From a virus (lineage: Duplodnaviria; Caudoviricetes): a stretch of DNA of 43,842 bases. The notes beneath the pieces are model-generated. The model made no database searches. It saw only the letters and a program-made list of their open reading frames with translations, and was not told the DNA's origin. Both the position numbers and the translations under genes were made by a program. Where the stretch lies: positions 1 to 43,842 of IMG/VR virus record IMGVR_UViG_3300020045_000732; one strand, given 5' to 3'. Each line of letters begins with the position of its first letter. The stretch's first letter is position 1. This document shows, piece by piece, positions 28,962-37,760 of this stretch.

Positions 28962-29358
28962 CTTCAACTCTCCATTGTACTCTTGTTGCGTCAGACATGT
29001 TACTTGGTTTAGGTCCGCTTCCCCAAGGGTTGCCAAAGATACTTTTAAACAAGTAGTCACGACTCTCTCTAGTTATATTACCTTCGTAGTACAACTTTTC
29101 TATCTGACGTAGTTGGTATTCTTTTCCGTAGCTAGGTGGTTTGTAGTAGTCATGGCCCCATCTTTGGTATTGCTCACTTCTATTCCCGTAATCAATAGCT
29201 CTTGGATCAGAACGGGTCCAGTGGTCTACTACACTATAGCTTACTGTGTCTGTCGTTGACCTACGTACACCTACATGATATTGGGGAATGCTGAGACTTT
29301 CTTGTATCTCATTAATCATGTCGCGTGTTGTAACATGGGTCTCGTCAACAATCCTCAT
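28948..29358 (-). CDS. Hypothetical protein
   Basis: First ATG after the polymerase stop. The frame is open to 29535 inside pol, so the start is uncertain. Confidence 0.55.
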   Translation of the reverse strand: MRIVDETHVTTRDMINEIQESLSIPQYHVGVRRSTTDTVSYSVVDHWTRSDPRAIDYGNRSEQYQRWGHDYYKPPSYGKEYQLRQIEKLYYEGNITRESRDYLFKSIFGNPWGSGPKPSNMSDATRVQWRVEDVRP

Positions 29359-29383
29359 ATCAGCGGACAAGCCCCGTAACGTG

Positions 29384-31192
29384 TTAGTGGGTGTCGGCCC
29401 AGTTGTTACCGATCTTGTACTCACCATTGAGAGGGCATCTGAGCTTGAAGAACTCTCCTGCGTCGATGATGGATTGCACCTGGAGTTTGCCCAGTTCATG
29501 AGCTTGGTTACGTAAGACTTTGGATTGTGTTTCATCGTGGACCACCGTTAAAAGATTCCAGTCTATGTGCCTTGCCTTAGGTCTTAGCAAGTTCAATGAC
29601 TGTTTCATTACTATTGATTCATTGGATTGAAGGTAAAAGGCAAGGGCAAGGTGTTGACTTGGGATAGTGATACGTCTCCCATCGATAGCCACCATGTAAC
29701 CACGCCCAGCTGAGTCTGCGCAAAGTCTTTGAACTCTATCGAATCCGTCAATGCGTTTGAACAAGGTAGCTTTTGTTTCTCTTCCTTCACTTGAACCTAC
29801 TCCCAGCACTGAACCTAACTTAGCATCACCAGCACCAAGGATCATAGCGTAGATGTATGTCTTTGCCATATCCCTTGTGCACTCAGGTACTACCTCACGA
29901 AGGATGTCCCTGTTAACAGAGTGGACATCAGTACCGTTCTCCTTACGTCCCTCTGCAATAGCTTTAGCATAGTCAGGGTTACGCATAAGGTGAGCAAGTA
30001 CTCGTAACTGGATACCTTCGATATCACACCCGACCATACAGTAGTTAACCAGATCTTCTACTGTCCAGCAAGCCCTCATGTCAGCGCCCATCAAGCTACG
30101 GACTGCTGGTATGTTACCCATCTGGGGATCTCGGTGTGCCATGCGGTGTGTCGAGGTACCAATACCAATGATGTTACCGTGTACGCACTTAGTCACAGGA
30201 TTGTAGTGGTCTAACCAGTTACCTACTACCTTAGTCCTTGACCGGTACGTTAACCAATCACTAAGTTCCTTGGCAGCCTTAGACTCCTCAGGAATAGTAT
30301 TAAGATTCTCCTCGCATATCTTAGCTTGACCGCCCTTGGTCATGACATAAGGCTTCCAACCAGAGGTGCTTAGCCTGTCAATCAACTGCTTAGGACTTCC
30401 AAGGTTAAGAGGTTCAAGCATGTATAAGTTGTACGTGCCATCAGCATTACGCTCTGAGTAGTCTGCCTTAGCTATCTTAGCACTACTACGACTGAGCATC
30501 TCGCCTGTCTTCTTAGCAAACCCTGGGGTATACACCTCATAAAGCTTGTGCTTAGGTGGGAAGATGGTGTGGATACGCGCTTCGATATCGTTAGCACGGC
30601 TCAGGCAGGTGTCATAGATACCTTTAGCTTTGGGTAGATCAAGAAAGAAACCTGTGCGTCTGGCTTCACTGAGTGTGTACTGTGTACGGTACTCAAGATC
30701 AACGCTGAACCTGCTGAAGTCTTTGAGCTTAAGCATAAGATACTTGTACAACTTAAGGTTGACCCTACAGTCAAGCATCATGTACTCAAGCATTTCCAAG
30801 CTGAACTTACTGAAGTCCTCGAACTTACCTTTGTGTAGACCTAAGCGTATACCCCAAGCCTCAAGGCTGTGGCCACCAGTAAGCATAGGGTCCATGAGTC
30901 GGCAGAGGATGAGTGTGTCTTCGATTTCTTTAAGAGAGATACGTGCGTTACCAATTCTGTTAAGAGCGGGAGCATCGTACGCTATGTAGTTGTGACCAAT
31001 GAATGTCTTGACTTGCTTCCTAAACTCAAGGAACTTAGCCCACATGTCTACACCATAGAAGGTAAACTCCTCCTCGGTATCAATATCAATACACCCGATA
31101 CACCACACAACAGTAGGAGTTAAGCTGTCAGCCTCGATGTCACAGATCACCCGTCTGTGTGGTAACTCCTGCTTTGTTAAGATCGTATTCAA
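29384..31192 (-). CDS. DNA polymerase family A with 3'-5' exonuclease domain (T7-like)
   Basis: Exo I CDIEAD, Exo II GHNYIAYD, Exo III Y...D, motif A DIEGIQLR, motif B RDMAKTYIY, motif C VHDE. TTG start after AGGAGG. Confidence 0.95.
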   Translation of the reverse strand: MNTILTKQELPHRRVICDIEADSLTPTVVWCIGCIDIDTEEEFTFYGVDMWAKFLEFRKQVKTFIGHNYIAYDAPALNRIGNARISLKEIEDTLILCRLMDPMLTGGHSLEAWGIRLGLHKGKFEDFSKFSLEMLEYMMLDCRVNLKLYKYLMLKLKDFSRFSVDLEYRTQYTLSEARRTGFFLDLPKAKGIYDTCLSRANDIEARIHTIFPPKHKLYEVYTPGFAKKTGEMLSRSSAKIAKADYSERNADGTYNLYMLEPLNLGSPKQLIDRLSTSGWKPYVMTKGGQAKICEENLNTIPEESKAAKELSDWLTYRSRTKVVGNWLDHYNPVTKCVHGNIIGIGTSTHRMAHRDPQMGNIPAVRSLMGADMRACWTVEDLVNYCMVGCDIEGIQLRVLAHLMRNPDYAKAIAEGRKENGTDVHSVNRDILREVVPECTRDMAKTYIYAMILGAGDAKLGSVLGVGSSEGRETKATLFKRIDGFDRVQRLCADSAGRGYMVAIDGRRITIPSQHLALAFYLQSNESIVMKQSLNLLRPKARHIDWNLLTVVHDETQSKVLRNQAHELGKLQVQSIIDAGEFFKLRCPLNGEYKIGNNWADTH

Positions 31193-31469
31193 CTAGAATC
31201 CTCCTTACAAGTTCTTGGATACCATCAAGTCTTGAGTGCTGTTCGATAGTTACATGGTGGCCAATATTAAGGAACCCATCATCTTCTTGGTTCGCTCTGA
31301 TCTCCCGAGCAGAGGGTATAGCATCACCAGCATTCTTATCAAATATCCACGCTTCGTACCTACCACTACTCGGACTACCGGTGCCATCGTTGTAACCTAC
31401 TATCTTAAAGACTGTTTCCTTTTTAGCACCGTCACCATACGGCCAGATCTCCATGTTAATTATGAACAC
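31140..31469 (-). CDS. Hypothetical protein
   Basis: GTG start overlapping the helicase stop, AGGTGAG RBS. Confidence 0.6.
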   Translation of the reverse strand: MFIINMEIWPYGDGAKKETVFKIVGYNDGTGSPSSGRYEAWIFDKNAGDAIPSAREIRANQEDDGFLNIGHHVTIEQHSRLDGIQELVRRILVEYDLNKAGVTTQTGDL

Positions 31470-33145
31470 TACTCACCTACCTTTTCAAATCCTTCTGAGC
31501 CTTCATCAATACCGTCATCCTGTTCAATGAACTGCATAGTAGCATCGTCGAACACCAGTCTACAAGCTACACCTAACCGACCACAGAATCTATTCTTCAG
31601 TACTCGGATGTTGATAGTGTTGGACTTCTCCTTGTCAGGGTCTTGGCCGTTACGCTCAAGGGCAAGGATGATGTTGCTTACATGGCCGATACCAGCAGTA
31701 CCGCGAAGATCACTTAAGGTAATCTGTGCGCCTTCCTCAGCAGGTGTACCACTCAATCTCTTAAGGTGACACACGATGATAAGGCAGATGTCTAGCTGCA
31801 TAGTCAAGGCTTTTAGCTTTGTCGAGATCTCATCGAGTGCTCTACGTTCATCACCGTTTGCTTGGCCTGAAGTAATGATTGAGATGTGATCGAGTACAAT
31901 ATACTTGCAGTTACATCCGTTGGCAAGGAAGGTGATAGTAGACATAATACCATCGATGTCAGAGTATGCAAACATCTTGTCGGCTTGGAGATAGAATCGT
32001 CCTGATTCAAACACATCGTCAAATGCTTTCTTATACTGTTCAGGTGTGAACTTGGAGTCAGGTAAGTGGAAAGGTACCCCTGCCTTCAAGCCCATCATAC
32101 TTAAGCCTGTCTCCTTAGTAGACTCCTCAATCATAAGCATGCCAAGGTTCTCGTCAGCAGGTATGATATCCTTGAGGTACACAGCAAGAGCCTTACAGAA
32201 GGTGGACTTACCCACACCTGTACCTGCTGTGATAGTAACAAGCTCTGACTTACGTAAGCCGTATGTCTTCTTATTCAACCCCTCGAATGGATAAGGGATG
32301 GATGTTTGAATAGCAGTACTGGATAACAGATCCCATAACAAGGATGAGTTAACCACTGTGTCCGGTGTGTAGGGCTTAGCACCCCACCAAGCCTTGGTCA
32401 TACCAGTAATGTCACCAGCCCTGAGGAAGTCGTTAGCATCCTTATACTTACCCATGTCCATGATGACAACTTTGCCAGGTGGGAATCGTTGGGCAATCTT
32501 CTCTGATGCCTCACGCCCAGCGTCATCCTTATCAAAGGCAAGGACAATCTTACCAAAGGTTTGAAGATACTTGAACGCTTGTTGTACGTCCTTGAGTGCA
32601 GTAGACGCAGACTTAACTGAGACTGCTGGCCACGTCAGACCTTCGCAGATAGACATAGCATCAAGCTCGCCCTCAGTGATGGTGATATACTTACCTCCCT
32701 CAGGTACTAGGTGCTGGCCGAATAGCTGTGTACCACCCGAGGTGCCTGTCCAACTGAACCCTTTGTCAGCAACAGTACGTGTCTTAGTAGCAGCGTGTAA
32801 GCCTTGGGTAAGGTAGGGATAGTGGTGCTTAGCTACGCCACCTTGTTGATCGTATGAGAATGTAACGCCGTACTTCTCGAAGGTAGCCTTGCTGATAGCC
32901 CTGTCTAATACAGGTGCGCTGCCCTTAGTAGGTTGTTGAGTTGGTTCTTCCTGTTTTGTTCGTGGGTAGTGATCAACTGCTGTGCCTGTCATCTCTTCGT
33001 ATTCCTTTAATGTACTGTATTTACCACAGCTAAAGCAATAGCAATGGTCGGTATAAACACCCATAGCATCAGAAGATGTACACTTAATACAACTCGTCTT
33101 CTTTATCAAGACTCCGTGGGACTGCTGCTTCTTCGAGTAATCCAT
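31469..33145 (-). CDS. DNA primase-helicase (T7 gp4-like)
   Basis: Zn finger CIKC...CFSC, TOPRIM ITEGELD and FDKDDAG, Walker A AGTGVGKS, LDHIS, DLRG, LKNRF. ATG 33145 best spaced from AGGAG (frame open from 33172). Confidence 0.95.
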   Translation of the reverse strand: MDYSKKQQSHGVLIKKTSCIKCTSSDAMGVYTDHCYCFSCGKYSTLKEYEEMTGTAVDHYPRTKQEEPTQQPTKGSAPVLDRAISKATFEKYGVTFSYDQQGGVAKHHYPYLTQGLHAATKTRTVADKGFSWTGTSGGTQLFGQHLVPEGGKYITITEGELDAMSICEGLTWPAVSVKSASTALKDVQQAFKYLQTFGKIVLAFDKDDAGREASEKIAQRFPPGKVVIMDMGKYKDANDFLRAGDITGMTKAWWGAKPYTPDTVVNSSLLWDLLSSTAIQTSIPYPFEGLNKKTYGLRKSELVTITAGTGVGKSTFCKALAVYLKDIIPADENLGMLMIEESTKETGLSMMGLKAGVPFHLPDSKFTPEQYKKAFDDVFESGRFYLQADKMFAYSDIDGIMSTITFLANGCNCKYIVLDHISIITSGQANGDERRALDEISTKLKALTMQLDICLIIVCHLKRLSGTPAEEGAQITLSDLRGTAGIGHVSNIILALERNGQDPDKEKSNTINIRVLKNRFCGRLGVACRLVFDDATMQFIEQDDGIDEGSEGFEKVGE

Positions 33146-33467
33146 GTTCATCATCTCCTGCACCACACGCATTCTGTAGATAATTATAGAAACCTACCCA
33201 GCTATCGTCGTAGCCAAGAGGTCTGTCTTGGTCAACGCATCTCTTAACCAAGCTCGTATCTTTACTAGGTGTACTCAAGTACTCCAATTGAGAATGGTTC
33301 TTAGGTGCGGCTGTGAAGTACTGTGCTTTACCGTTGTCATCTACCCAGTATCTGGGCACACTGCGGCCAGCAATAACCTTGCAAGTACCGCAGAAGGGGT
33401 CAAAGTTCCCGAGTTTCTTAGACCACACTGGGTGTGCGATCTCCTTATCACATGCTTTACAACGCAT
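33084..33467 (-). CDS. Hypothetical zinc-finger protein
   Basis: MRCKACD...CGTC. Starts just downstream of the tRNA-like RNA. Confidence 0.65.
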   Translation of the reverse strand: MRCKACDKEIAHPVWSKKLGNFDPFCGTCKVIAGRSVPRYWVDDNGKAQYFTAAPKNHSQLEYLSTPSKDTSLVKRCVDQDRPLGYDDSWVGFYNYLQNACGAGDDEHGLLEEAAVPRSLDKEDELY

Positions 33468-33491
33468 ATTCTTTTTCTTTCATTGTTGAAG

Positions 33492-33615
33492 TGATTAGGG
33501 GTGCAGGGTTGGTTACCTGCTATGGTGTGGTAAGCCTAGATCAGCCGCGGTATAACCGACTGCCCACTGAATACTCGATAACCCGTCTTGCGTGTCCATC
33601 CACGCCGACCCCTAA
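33492..33615 (-). ncRNA. tRNA-like structured RNA (~124 nt)
   Basis: Closing stem TTAGGGGT/ACCCCTAA, D-like arm GCGTG-GATGGA-CACGC, T-like arm GCAGG-TAACCAAC-CCTGC abutting the closing stem, 3' end A-TCA. No canonical anticodon arm. Confidence 0.65.
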
Positions 33616-33620
33616 ACTTG

Positions 33621-34322
33621 TTACGCTACCTTAGCAATCATCTTTGCTTGGTCACGAATCATTTCAATGCCACCTTCAATGTCCAGCTTAAGGGCAGGTG
33701 ACACTTCACTGGTGTCGAGGGCATCTTGGATAAGGTTGAGGGTAGTAAGGATGTTGTAAGCTACGCTATCCTTGAACACTACCTGATCACCAATGCGAGT
33801 AACGTTAGAGTAGATCGGTTTAACAGGCGCTGGCTTAGGGGTTACTACTGCCGGTGTCTGGGTTGTTGTTGGTGTCTGTGCTGCCACGATGGGTTGTTCC
33901 TTCTTAAGTTGTTGTTGGTATGATGAGTACTTCTTCCAATCGTATACCTTATCGTTAGGTAAGTCAATTGGAAAGACGGACTTGTTGTTGATAGTGATGG
34001 GATCTTTCAATACAAACATGGTAACACGTTTACCAAAGTTACTTAGCTTGACTGAAGACTTGATTGATACTGTTGGGTAAGCAAAGGCCTTCTCGATGTG
34101 TTCAAGCGCCTTGTCGCTTACCTTCCACAGTTCGCCCCGTACCTTACCCTGTCTGTGGATATAGGTAGTAGGCCATGCGCACGGTGTACCATAAGCAACA
34201 CCGAAGGCATAGTCCGCATCGGCTGTCTCGTACTCGCCATAGCATTTACCATCCGCTACTAACTTGTGAAGGGCAAACCCTTTCATAGTTGTACCGTATA
34301 CAAAAATAAAGTTACCTGACAT
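33621..34322 (-). CDS. Gamma-glutamylcyclotransferase (GGCT/AIG2)-like protein with C-terminal extension
   Basis: IFVYGT..G at the N-terminus, VRGELWKV. ATG 34322 after TAAGGA (the track start at 34481 lies inside the GATase gene). Confidence 0.75.
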   Translation of the reverse strand: MSGNFIFVYGTTMKGFALHKLVADGKCYGEYETADADYAFGVAYGTPCAWPTTYIHRQGKVRGELWKVSDKALEHIEKAFAYPTVSIKSSVKLSNFGKRVTMFVLKDPITINNKSVFPIDLPNDKVYDWKKYSSYQQQLKKEQPIVAAQTPTTTQTPAVVTPKPAPVKPIYSNVTRIGDQVVFKDSVAYNILTTLNLIQDALDTSEVSPALKLDIEGGIEMIRDQAKMIAKVA

Positions 34323-34335
34323 GTCTTCGTTTTCC

Positions 34336-35244
34336 TTATCCATAGTGTTGTTGCTCAAAGTATTGGTCGTAGTACTTGAGTCTTTCAATGGCTTCACAGA
34401 GGAGCTCATGGGTTTTCTCTGGGTTTTCCACCAAGACTTCAAGATCATCTTCGTTGAGGTGCAGCAGATCATCGAGTTCAAGATTCTCCTCCTTCTTGCA
34501 TATGTTCCTGACCATGTACAATTGTTCGACTGGTTCCCACGCTGGCTTAATAGAGGCCGTAGTGGCGGGTAATGTAGGCGTCGTAGTCTTCGTCGTCGAG
34601 CTTGTTACCGTTGATGGTGGTAAGCCCGTTTGCTTTCCCACGGACACATTTGCGCCACGGTACGTGTTAGTGTAGTGACCGAAGTAAGAGTTGTTTGATA
34701 CTGCACAACCATCACGAGTCTCCCACTTACCAGTACGGATGATGTTACCTTGGTCATCCATGAACAACAGCTTGTTGTTAGAACCTGTCAAGCCTTCAAG
34801 CATATCATGGAAGGCAAGTTCAAAGATAAGGTCGGGTGCCTTAGACAGTACAGGTTGCAGCCAGATCTCGTTGAACATGCGGGTGTCTGACTTAGTAGCG
34901 TGGTTAGGTGTGAAGTGGAAGACACCATTGTGCATGAACCACAGGTCACGACCATGATCCTTCTTGTTCAAGACTTGGAAGGGATGCGCGTTGGGTAGGG
35001 TAACGCCACCGTGGGTGGACATGCGGAGGTGGAATACAGCATGTACATCCTTTAACTTCTCCATCCATTCCCAAGTAGTAGCGCCTTCTTTCCATTTGTC
35101 GAACAGTTGGCGGTGTACCTTGAACTCACCTGTCGATGGGTCACGATACATAACACCAAGACCGTCTTCGTTACGGTTGGCTGCTGCAAGGATGTCCTCT
35201 TTAGCGAGGATAAGCCCTGCTGGTTTATCAATAATAACACACAT
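34336..35244 (-). CDS. Class II (Ntn) glutamine amidotransferase
   Basis: N-terminal Cys (MCVII), N.DG.G, HLRMSTHG, NAHPF, MHNG, SDT motifs. Confidence 0.9.
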   Translation of the reverse strand: MCVIIDKPAGLILAKEDILAAANRNEDGLGVMYRDPSTGEFKVHRQLFDKWKEGATTWEWMEKLKDVHAVFHLRMSTHGGVTLPNAHPFQVLNKKDHGRDLWFMHNGVFHFTPNHATKSDTRMFNEIWLQPVLSKAPDLIFELAFHDMLEGLTGSNNKLLFMDDQGNIIRTGKWETRDGCAVSNNSYFGHYTNTYRGANVSVGKQTGLPPSTVTSSTTKTTTPTLPATTASIKPAWEPVEQLYMVRNICKKEENLELDDLLHLNEDDLEVLVENPEKTHELLCEAIERLKYYDQYFEQQHYG

Positions 35245-35265
35245 AAGTATGTAGTCCTTTCTTTA

Positions 35266-37212
35266 TTAAGCTTGAGCGTTTGAGTGAGCACGGTAGGAGT
35301 TGAGTACCTTAGAGCGTGAAGCAACAGTGCTGCGTCGCGCCAGCAAGTACTTATCCTTGGCGATAGGTGCTGACTTGTGGTGGTACTGGTTGCCAAAACC
35401 TTTTGAACCATCGCATGAGTTGTCGATTTCCTCAGAGATACCTACTGCTCTAAGTTCTTCAGGAATAAACTGACGTTCTTTCAAGAAGTTAAAGAGGAAT
35501 GGGTATGCCTTACGGTTACCTGTCTTAGTATCCTTGAGCCAGTTAACAAAAGTCTTCCAGCTAAGGTCGGTGCAAGAAGCTACTGTGTGGCTGTAGGTAT
35601 GCAAGGCATGAAGGAACTCAAGGTTCTTCATAACAGATGGGTAGTGAAGAGTACCTTTAAAGATCCTGATCTCAACCGTGTGAGGTTTGCACAAGTTAAC
35701 AGCAGAGTACTTGTCTACTGAGCGACCTTCCTTGGTACGGAAGATGTCAGTGTGCTTACCATTCTTGATCACTGTCTCGTTGAATGGGGCGTACGATGAC
35801 GACTCGCGCTGAGCAATAGCAATCATGAACTTACGGTTATCAGGTAGGTTGATGAAGGTCATGAACTTACCAAGACCAACCGAAGTAAACGAGTCCTTCG
35901 ACATGTGTACGTGGATGCCTGTGGTACTGTTCTTGAATGAAGTAATCTCATGACGTACTTCACTGGTACGTAACAAAGATTCCCAAATACTATAGTGCTT
36001 AGCAAGGGTAGCTGGTACGCTGATGATCTCAAACCCTGAGTCAAGGGAGCCATCATCACATGTGATAGCAGTACGTTTCATCTCCTTCATAACCTTGAAG
36101 GCTGCACCGTTAGCATCGCCATCGTCACCGTTCTTCATCTCTACTTCAAGCTCAACACCCATGAACAAGGTGTTCTCGTAACCCTTCTTAGAACTGCGTA
36201 CCACTTCTTCGTAAGGTTCACTAAGGAATCCATCGAAGTAATCTAGTACGTTGTTAGACTTGTTAAGAATCTCGAAGTAATTTGAACTGACATAAGCACC
36301 AAAGTCTGGATCAAACTTGATACTTGGGTTCTCGTCAAGGTAACCCTGTGTTACAAAGCCTTGGTTCCACACATAGAACGGATGACGAGACTTGTCAAAG
36401 TTATAGTGGCGGCCAGTTGCTTCATCGTAGTACGTCTTCATAAGCACAGCCGATGGAGGGGCTACGTTCTGTGAAGAGATACGGTTACGTTGGTCGTACA
36501 CTGTGATCATATCCTTCATTGGATACAACCCAGCAACGATACCCTTACGGGATTCATAAGAACAGAGGGCAAGTCTTACTTGTACGTTGCCAACGTTCTG
36601 GTCATACGCCTCGAAGCTGACGTAAGCCTCGTCTGGATCGCCAACAATTTTATGGGCAAGTTGTACAGCGACTACCTTCTTTGTCAGTGAGCACTCGATA
36701 CCTTCACTCATGAAGTCTTTAGGTGGGGTAGGTACCAATTCCTTTTTAGCAATAGGGCAGTAGGTAGTAGGGAAGTACGAAGTGTATGATGGGATAAGTT
36801 TCTCGAGTCGGGCTGCTGCATCAAGGTTAGTAACGATCAAGCTACCAGCGGCGATACGAGCTTGGTACTGTTCCAAGTTCTCATTAGCCTTAGGTGTGAA
36901 CATGGATTGAACGGTGTTGTTAAGGTAGTTGATACCGCTGCGTCTTGCCAAGAGATCGAACACAACACTGCTACCAGTTGAGTGTGAAGAAGAGAACTTA
37001 CGCACCTGTGCATTGTACGCTTCTTGAATCTTATCAAGCTGTTGTTTGTCCACAGCACCGAACTTAGCTGCGTCACTGCGGCGGAGCATAGACTTAACGC
37101 GCTCTTTAGTAAGGGGTGTAAGGTAGTCAGCGTAATGTTTATCTGCCATTACTTTCCAAAGCAGGTGCAAGTCCTCAGACTTAGTGTCAATACCATATAC
37201 AATTTTTGGCAT
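35266..37212 (-). CDS. Putative amidoligase (COOH-NH2 ligase, Amidoligase_2-like) with long N-terminal extension
   Basis: GVELEVE, DGSL..GFEI.S.P, GIHVH.S, KYSAVN, TVEIRIF.GT motifs in the C-terminal half. Confidence 0.87.
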   Translation of the reverse strand: MPKIVYGIDTKSEDLHLLWKVMADKHYADYLTPLTKERVKSMLRRSDAAKFGAVDKQQLDKIQEAYNAQVRKFSSSHSTGSSVVFDLLARRSGINYLNNTVQSMFTPKANENLEQYQARIAAGSLIVTNLDAAARLEKLIPSYTSYFPTTYCPIAKKELVPTPPKDFMSEGIECSLTKKVVAVQLAHKIVGDPDEAYVSFEAYDQNVGNVQVRLALCSYESRKGIVAGLYPMKDMITVYDQRNRISSQNVAPPSAVLMKTYYDEATGRHYNFDKSRHPFYVWNQGFVTQGYLDENPSIKFDPDFGAYVSSNYFEILNKSNNVLDYFDGFLSEPYEEVVRSSKKGYENTLFMGVELEVEMKNGDDGDANGAAFKVMKEMKRTAITCDDGSLDSGFEIISVPATLAKHYSIWESLLRTSEVRHEITSFKNSTTGIHVHMSKDSFTSVGLGKFMTFINLPDNRKFMIAIAQRESSSYAPFNETVIKNGKHTDIFRTKEGRSVDKYSAVNLCKPHTVEIRIFKGTLHYPSVMKNLEFLHALHTYSHTVASCTDLSWKTFVNWLKDTKTGNRKAYPFLFNFLKERQFIPEELRAVGISEEIDNSCDGSKGFGNQYHHKSAPIAKDKYLLARRSTVASRSKVLNSYRAHSNAQA

Positions 37213-37248
37213 GGTAGGTGGTGTCCTTTCAATTGTTAGGAAGATGTA

Positions 37249-37270
37249 GGGGGAAGGTTTCCCCTCCCCC
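37249..37270 (-). other. GNRA-capped 9-bp hairpin upstream of the amidoligase gene
   Basis: GGGGGAGGG-GAAA-CCTTCCCCC on the - strand. No U-tract. Confidence 0.6.
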
Positions 37271-37277
37271 GTTCACC

Positions 37278-37739
37278 TTAGGCTACGCGGCCAGCGATAG
37301 CAGCGCCATCAAGAACAGTGTTCTTAACGACTGCGTTACCACCCAACGACGCGTTGTTTTTCAGCACAGAGTTGATGACCTGAGCAGTACCACCAACAGT
37401 TGAACCGATACCGATGCGGCTATCAGCGTCAACGAATGCAGTCAGGGCAACGATACCACCCTTGTCACCGCCAGCGTTGATGAAGTAACGAGCATCGACC
37501 GAACCTTTACCATCACGGAAGTCGTGCTTAATGACAGCGTTCAGGTTCTCGGTAGGCAGGATTGCCTTAACGTTGTAGGTCTTGTCAACAGTAGTACCGT
37601 CAACACGGCTGTACTCACGGTCACGGAACGTACCACCATCAGGCTTCGCAAAGAAAGTGCGAGCACCTACGCTAGTGATTGTTGCCTTTGAACCATTAGC
37701 CAATTCAACGCGCATACCTTTTTCGAGTTTGTTAAACAT
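37278..37739 (-). CDS. Hypothetical protein with C-terminal beta-helix-like repeats
   Basis: GGAG RBS. C-terminus has hexapeptide-like IGIGST-VGGTAQ-V..LKNNAS-LGGNAV-V repeats. Confidence 0.7.
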   Translation of the reverse strand: MFNKLEKGMRVELANGSKATITSVGARTFFAKPDGGTFRDREYSRVDGTTVDKTYNVKAILPTENLNAVIKHDFRDGKGSVDARYFINAGGDKGGIVALTAFVDADSRIGIGSTVGGTAQVINSVLKNNASLGGNAVVKNTVLDGAAIAGRVA

Positions 37740-37760
37740 GTGTAGTTATCTCCATATGAA

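Noticed and set aside
28701-29358. Two ORFs after the polymerase ending WRVEDVRP and WGRKPLDR as extra members of the array family
   Set aside because: Only a loose C-terminal resemblance, no clear D-x-x-[TP]-D-T motif, and 10 kb from the array.
33492-33615. Canonical or intron-containing tRNA gene
   Set aside because: No 5-bp/7-nt anticodon arm, T loop is not TTCRANY, 3' end is TCA. Kept only as a tRNA-like ncRNA.
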